Assembly (NCBI GenBank): GCA_951406725.2 | Contig: OX597818.1 | Coordinates: 58,590,001-58,654,000 of the forward strand | DNA from: Octopus vulgaris | Taxonomy: Eukaryota | Direction: 5' to 3' | DNA length: 64,000 nt | Shown here: positions 58,150 to 64,000 of the stretch, piece after piece | How positions within the stretch are numbered: position 1 is the first letter of the stretch | Layout of the letters: the number at the start of each line of letters is the position of its first letter | Translations under genes and position numbers: made by a program | Notes under the pieces: model-generated | The model's database searches: none | Told to the model about the DNA's origin: nothing | The model's input: only the letters and a program-made list of their open reading frames with translations

Positions 58150-58184
<35 letters not shown>

Positions 58185-58188
<4 letters not shown>

Positions 58189-58588
58189 CTTTACTGCTCA
58201 CAAGGGGCTAAATATAGAAGTGACAAACAAGGACAGACAAAGGGATTAAGTCGATTACATCGACCCCAGTGCGAAACTGGTACTTATTTAATCGACCTCG
58301 AAAGGATGAAAGGCAGTCGACCTCGGCCGAATTTGAACTCGGAATGTAACGACAGACGAAATATCTATTTCTTTATTACCCACAAGAGGCTAAAAATAGA
58401 GTGGACAAACAAGGATAGACATAGGTATTAAGTCAATTACATCGACCTCGTGCGAAACTGGTACTTATTTAATCGACCCCGAAAGGATGAAAGGCAAAGT
58501 CGACCTCGGCGGAATTTGAACTCAGAACGTAACGGCAAATGAAATACCGCTAAGCATTTCGCCCGGCGCGCTAACCTTTCTGCCAGCT
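58185..58588 (-). mobile_element. SINE family A dimer
   Basis: Two units; another head fragment at ~58720-58830. Confidence 0.88.
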
Positions 58589-59341
58589 CAATGCGAGTGT
58601 TTCAGAATGATGCAACACTTTTAAGACTAATTAACTCACTATCTGTCTTTTAAATTTTTCTTTCTTTTTAAAAATTATTGTACAGGTGTGTCAATTTAAA
58701 CCACTGCAACTCTCATTCCGAAAGGACGAAAGATGAAGTCGAGCTCGGCGGAATTTGAACTCTGAACGTAAACACAGACGAAATGCAACTAAATATTTCG
58801 CTCAGCGTGCTAACGATTCTGCCAGCTCTCCACCGTTCCCAGATAAAATATCACATTATCGATCTTCTATAGCTCGTAGCAGAAGTCATTTTTTTTTTAC
58901 TCTTGTGATTTTTTTTCTCAAGCTTAATGAATTTTATTTGAAGCATGGTTTTCAACTCCGTTCTTCTTTCTAACCATCTTCCACATATGCTTTCCTGTCT
59001 AACTCCAATCGTTTGTGTTTTACTTCTCATTAATAACGTCTCACACATCTAACTGTAATAATTTATTTGATATTTGACCCATAATGGAGCTAATGTACTT
59101 CATTATTTTATATATAATTTCATCTTTAGTGAAATACAGCTAAACACACAGACACACACCGACGCTGACACAGACACAGGACACACACACACAAACACGC
59201 GTATATGTCTATATACACATAAATATATGTGTGTCTGCATTGTGTTCTATTTGTTATTTGGTTCTAACAAACCAATATACATATATGCATGTATCATACA
59301 TACACACCTGTATATATATATATATATATATACATACAGTT

Positions 59342-59611
59342 GTAGGATCACGGTTTCGATTCCCAGACCAGGCGTTGTGAGTGTTTATTGAGCGAAAACA
59401 CCTAAAAGCTCCACGAGGCTCCGGCAGTGGGGTGATGGCGATCCCTGCTGTACTCTTTCGCCACAACTTTCTCTCACTCATTCTTCTGTTGGCCTGCTCG
59501 CTTAGCCAGCGGGGTGGCATCATATGAATACTAAAAACAATGCGAAGCGCATTGTGATCAGTGATGTGTAGCAACAGCTGATAGCCTGGTCGGTCACGGT
59601 GATCACGGTGA
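59342..59611 (+). mobile_element. SINE family C, tail type 2, 5'-truncated
   Basis: Aligns with 25156-25420. Confidence 0.87.
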
Positions 59612-59816
59612 TATATAGACACATACACCTTTAGATACATATAATTTTTCTTCTTTCATTTATTTGTTTGGTTGGGCTGCTGATACGCTGTGACACACTA
59701 TGGTAGGTTTTGTCGAACAAATCGACATCAAGACTTATTTTTCAGTTTCATACATTTTATATCGGATTCGTTTGCCAAACTGCAAACGGAAGGTTATGCA
59801 AATCAACAGAAAAACC

Positions 59817-60167
59817 GAATCTTTTCGGTTTGAACGGCAGTTTTTTTCTAGCTGTGTCATATGAAATTGTCACCCATAATTATGACCCTAGTATCGATCG
59901 ATTGCATTTCAATCTATTATAGGGTTAGGGTAAGGAGTGGGGGAAGGGTATTCTTCACAAATGTAAATAAACCCAATCTGTTTCTTAAAGGAATGACATA
60001 TTCATACGGCACAGAATGTTTTCACCTCAATAGACAGTCATTGATTGGTTAAAATTGCCGAAATGCAAGAAATTAAAGACGAAATATGTTACAAACTATA
60101 CGAAGTTTAAAATTTTTTATTTACATAGAAATTATGTTAAAAACTGACGTTCAAACCGAAAAGATCC
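59817..60167 (+). mobile_element. TIR element with a short internal telomeric-like motif
   Basis: TIRs g(g/a)atcttttcggtttgaacg.cagttttt and aaaaactgacgttcaaaccgaaaagatcc; internal tagggttagggtaagg. Confidence 0.8.
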
Positions 60168-61082
60168 TACGAACTGACTAAAATACAAATTACTAGTTAT
60201 TTTTTGAACAGTCTTCCATAATATATTCACAAAACAACCATACTATATAATATTAAAGTCAGCGACCTAAGCCAGAATTCTCATAAAAGAAACCACGTGT
60301 TGCCTTGTCAACAAGTGGCCCTGTGTAAAAGGAAAGCGTTATCTCTTTGAAACAAAAGAAGCTTAATATATTATATTAAAGTGGTAGTATGATATATTCG
60401 TAAAATAGGGTCAATATATTATATCAAACTCAGCGATAACAGCCTGAGTTATCGTAGAGGAAACCACGTGCTGAGGGGAAAAAAATAAACTGTCAACAAA
60501 CGAACGTGTGTAAATAGAAAACGAATTTTTTTTTTAAGAACAAAGATTGGAATTTTTGCCTCTCGGGAATGAATATCCTTTTCATTTGTTTATCTTCTTT
60601 CCTCTTGTTTATGTTCTTTATAGAAAATTTGAGTTTAAGGGATTTAGTTTGTTTCTAATCCTCTGTTTTAAAAAAATTAAGGCAGCAATTTTGTCACGGA
60701 ACCTCTCCCTCCTTTTTTTTCTCCTCGCTATCGTTTTTCATGTAACCTCTCTCTCACACAGCGGCCATTTCCGTTTCATACTCTTTATTTTTCTCTTTCC
60801 CCTCACATCCTCGTTACCTGGACTACCCCTCTCTCCTTCATATCTACTTCCTTTCCCTCCTTTCTCTCCATCTTTCTCCCTGCTATCGTATTATGTGTAA
60901 AAGCTCACTCAAATCGGTGTTCCATAACCTCTGTTTTTCTCTTTCCTTCGTATTTTCTTTACCTGCCCTCCTTCTTTCACTTTCATATCTTCCTCTTTTT
61001 CTCTCCTCTCTCCCCCATTCTGTTCCTCCCTCCATTTCATATCTTCCTCCCTTTCCCACTTCTCCCTCCCCCGAATACACTA

Positions 61083-61670
61083 GTGACACAACTGGTCTCG
61101 ACTGCAGCGTCCCAAAGGTCCAAGCAATGCCATCGTGCCAGTTACTGCATCAAGCTGGGTTCCAGGGGCCACAGCTTTTTAATATTCTCCCAAAGAGCCT
61201 GAGGGACCTACACAAAGTAGCTGTAGGTGTTTCCAAATCAAAACTAGATCTTTTCCTGTCGAGAATCCCAGATGAACCTACCGCACGACAGGAGATGCAA
61301 ATGAGTCTAGCGACATCAAACACACTTGTTCACCAAATACCTATTTCTTTACTACCCACAAGGGGCTAAACACAGAGAGGACAAACAAGGACAGACAAAC
61401 GGATTAAGTCGATTATATCGACCCCAGTGCGTAACTGGTACTTATTTATCGACCCTGAAAGGATGAAAGGCAAAGTCAACCTCGGTGGAATTTGAACTCA
61501 GAACCTATCGGCAGACGAAATACGACTACGCATTTCGCCCGGCGTGCTAACGATTCTGCCAGCTCGCCGCCTTTGTTCACCAAATATCACATATCAGAGG
61601 AGGCTCTCAATAATAGCAGTGTAAGAAAACGGCCATGCCCAAGCATGGCCACAGCTTTCAGCTGAAACTG
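61083..61670 (+). mobile_element. CR1-group LINE 3' fragment interrupted by a SINE
   Basis: GFQGPQLFNILPKSLRDL...KSKLDLFLSRIPDEPT. The 3' tail reads gcccaagcatggccacagctttcagctgaaact. Confidence 0.75.
61340..61572 (-). mobile_element. SINE family A inserted in a LINE
   Basis: Perfect 14-bp TSD ttgttcaccaaata at 61326-61339/61573-61586. Confidence 0.92.
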
Positions 61671-61944
61671 ATGAATATATATCTGTGTGTGGGTGTGTGT
61701 GTGTGGGTGTGAGTGCATATATGTATATACAATTTCCCTACACATCTCACACCTATTTTATTTCCGACACCTCACTCTCTATTTTGTATCTTATCTAAAT
61801 TAACTATTACGTAACCATCTTCTCATACCGTCTCAGATGAAGGGATATGATAATCACCCTTGGAAAAGGTGTAAAACCATCTATCTATAAATGTTCTAAA
61901 ATCTACGCAGCCTTGGTATTTTTATGTCATAACGAAAAAATGTG

Positions 61945-62002
<58 letters not shown>

Positions 62003-62005
<3 letters not shown>

Positions 62006-62548
62006 TAAGGGTGAGAGAATTAGATACTAATTTAATAGTATATCTATTCAACACCAAGTGGCCTAGTGCTCCGAGAAACCTGGATTATTATAATATTTTA
62101 TAATATATTATAATATTTTTACAAAATAAATATAAGAGAGTGGTCACTATATGGCTCACTCTAGCACCAGTTAATCCAAAAGGTTTCAACCACAAAAATA
62201 CATGTTTCCCATGAAAGTCAGTACGATTGTTAGCTCACACGGACAGGGCAAATAAAAAATAACAAAAATACAGATTATTTTGGGACAATTGTTTCGCTAT
62301 TAATGAATTAAATGTAATTTTACTTACAAAAAAATCCACTTGTAGCTCGTCGGCTTTTGTAAGTAAAATTACATTTAATTCATTAATAGCGAAACAATTG
62401 TCCCAAAATAATCTGTATTTTTGTTATTTTTTATTTGCCCTGTCCGTGTGAGCTAACAATCGTACTGACTTTCATGGGAAACATGTATTTTTGTGGTTGA
62501 AACCTTTTGGATTAACTGGTGCTATAGTGACTACTCTCTTATATTTAT

Positions 62549-62551
<3 letters not shown>
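62003..62551. mobile_element. HHR fold-back element (170-bp core arms, 23-nt spacer) in (TA)n
   Basis: 62162-62331 and 62355-62524 are inverted, with a weaker match out to 62123/62551. Minus strand reads g-CCGACGA-gcta[long loop]tagc-GAAA-caattg-TC-c (62283-62354). Confidence 0.85.
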
Positions 62552-62607
<56 letters not shown>

Positions 62608-63120
62608 AATGTACGTATATATATTATATGTAGAAAAATACAAACTAGGACAAGAACGTAAAACATTTAGAAGACGATAAAAAAAACACGGACGGGACAT
62701 TCGAAGCCTTCAATCTTCAGTCAAGAACCGGATCATCTTAGCAATTTCGGCTGACACGTATAATTTGAACGTATACTTTTGCCACATATGAGTAATATCG
62801 GCAAATATGGATAATAGACAATAATTATATGTTAACTCTTATCAAACTTTTTGCTGCTTATTTCTCATTGATATATTTTCAATAAACGTATATAATAATT
62901 ATTTTTCTAATATTATCAATATAATCGGAATATACTGCACTGAAAAACCTATCCTTGCCATATTTCATAATTTGCTAGTGTTGTGTGGACGATGAAGTAG
63001 GCTAGCCCAATATGTAGATATACAGGGAGAAGTCTAGACGTCGAGAGAAGAGCAGAGTAGCAGGTGTTGTATTTGAAGTTGTCGAAGACGTAGTGGTTTT
63101 TTTTGTGAGGGAGCGTTGAA

Positions 63121-63560
63121 GGATCTTTTCGGTTTTTTCTAGCGGTGTCATATGAAACTGTCACCCATAATTATGACCCTAGTATCGATCTATTGCATTT
63201 TAGGGTTAGGGTTAGAGTTAGGGTTAGAGTTAGGGTTATTTAGGGTTCGGGTTAGGGTTAGGGTTAGTGGTGGTGGTAGCGTATCTTTTTTTCTTCAGAA
63301 TTGTAAGTAAACCCAATATGTTTCTTAAACGAGGGACATATTCATACGGCACAAAATGTTTTTTAAGACGGTCATTGATTGGTTGAAGTTGCAGAAATTG
63401 AAGAAAAACAACAACAAATATCTTACAAACTATAGAATTTTCTCAATAAAGCCAAGAGGAAAAGATATTTTATAAATACATTCTACCAGTATACGAATTT
63501 TATTTTTTACTAGTTGCCTAGATATTACGTTAAAAACTCCCGTTCAAACCGAAAAGATCC
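63121..63560 (+). mobile_element. Second copy of the TIR element, with an expanded (TTAGGG)n tract at 63200-63267
   Basis: ggatcttttcggttt ... aaaccgaaaagatcc; the body aligns with 59817-60167. Confidence 0.82.
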
Positions 63561-64000
63561 GTGTTAAATAATTGTTCATTGTTGCTTTTTATTGATATTG
63601 TTAAGTATTGTTGTTGTTGAGATTTTTCCCATTGAGGAGAGTGGAGGGGGCGCCAGCGGGCGGCCAAGGTTGTGCGGCCGCAGCTGGAGGAGGAGGTGAA
63701 GATGGAACGTTGGAGAAGTTCGAAATCAGGGTTGAACATGGAAAAGTGGAAGCATACGAGGGGTTGCTGGAGAAGGAGGGGGAGATGTTCAAGTTGGCGC
63801 CACCTGCGGAGCTGACAGACAACATAGCGAAGCGAACAGTCACCTGTGGAACTGTGAGAATTCCAACAGGAAAAATGGAGATTGCGACGGTGGAAGGGAT
63901 GGAGGTGGTATTGAAGGATATTGGGGGTGGGGGTTAATAAATTTTAGAACAAGAGGAGGAAAGCGTTCCACCGTGGATGTGCGCTTCAAGTCGGAGGAAG

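Larger units (their letters stand above)
52718..58152. mobile_element. Giant non-coding fold-back element (arms ~2.67 kb, 12-nt spacer) with terminal hammerhead-containing PLE-type pseudo-LTRs
   Basis: 52718-55392 is the reverse complement of 55405-58082. Centre reads aacaagggagggtaaagttaattagtta/ttaatcagttat/taactaattaactttaccctcccttgtt. Mirror ORFs appear in the track (53762+ and 57038-). The right arm has an unpaired 3' extension (58083-58152), and both ends abut (TA)n. Confidence 0.9.

Noticed and set aside
63200-63267. True telomere or chromosome-fusion scar
   Set aside because: Short, degenerate, single orientation and internal to a TIR element.

Overview
Gene-poor, AT-rich animal DNA saturated with (TA)n, (CA)n, (TAA)n, (TATC)n and (CATA)n microsatellites. 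The tRNA-derived SINE families suggest a coleoid cephalopod, probably Octopus (inference). I found no intact host gene, and almost all supplied ORFs are microsatellite or SINE read-throughs. Recognisable content: dozens of SINE copies from at least four modular families, three Penelope-like element (PLE) fragments (RT, Poseidon-type GIY-YIG, Neptune-type GIY-YIG), 3' fragments of RTE, CR1-group and R4/Dong-type LINEs, a near-complete dead Chapaev3-type transposon, a Tc1 fragment, a non-autonomous Helitron, and MITEs (one family carries TTAGGG repeats). The main signal, invisible in the ORF track, is about 15 hammerhead-ribozyme (HHR) motifs, from intact to decayed, in several unrelated sequence families. 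Most lie in non-coding cassettes embedded in (TA)n. Several are arranged as head-to-head fold-backs, the largest a 5.4-kb palindrome (52718-58082) with one HHR at each outer end. A 780-bp-period retrozyme-like element holds a candidate HHR whose three strands are in an unusual order. All structures were folded by eye; none has been computed or tested.
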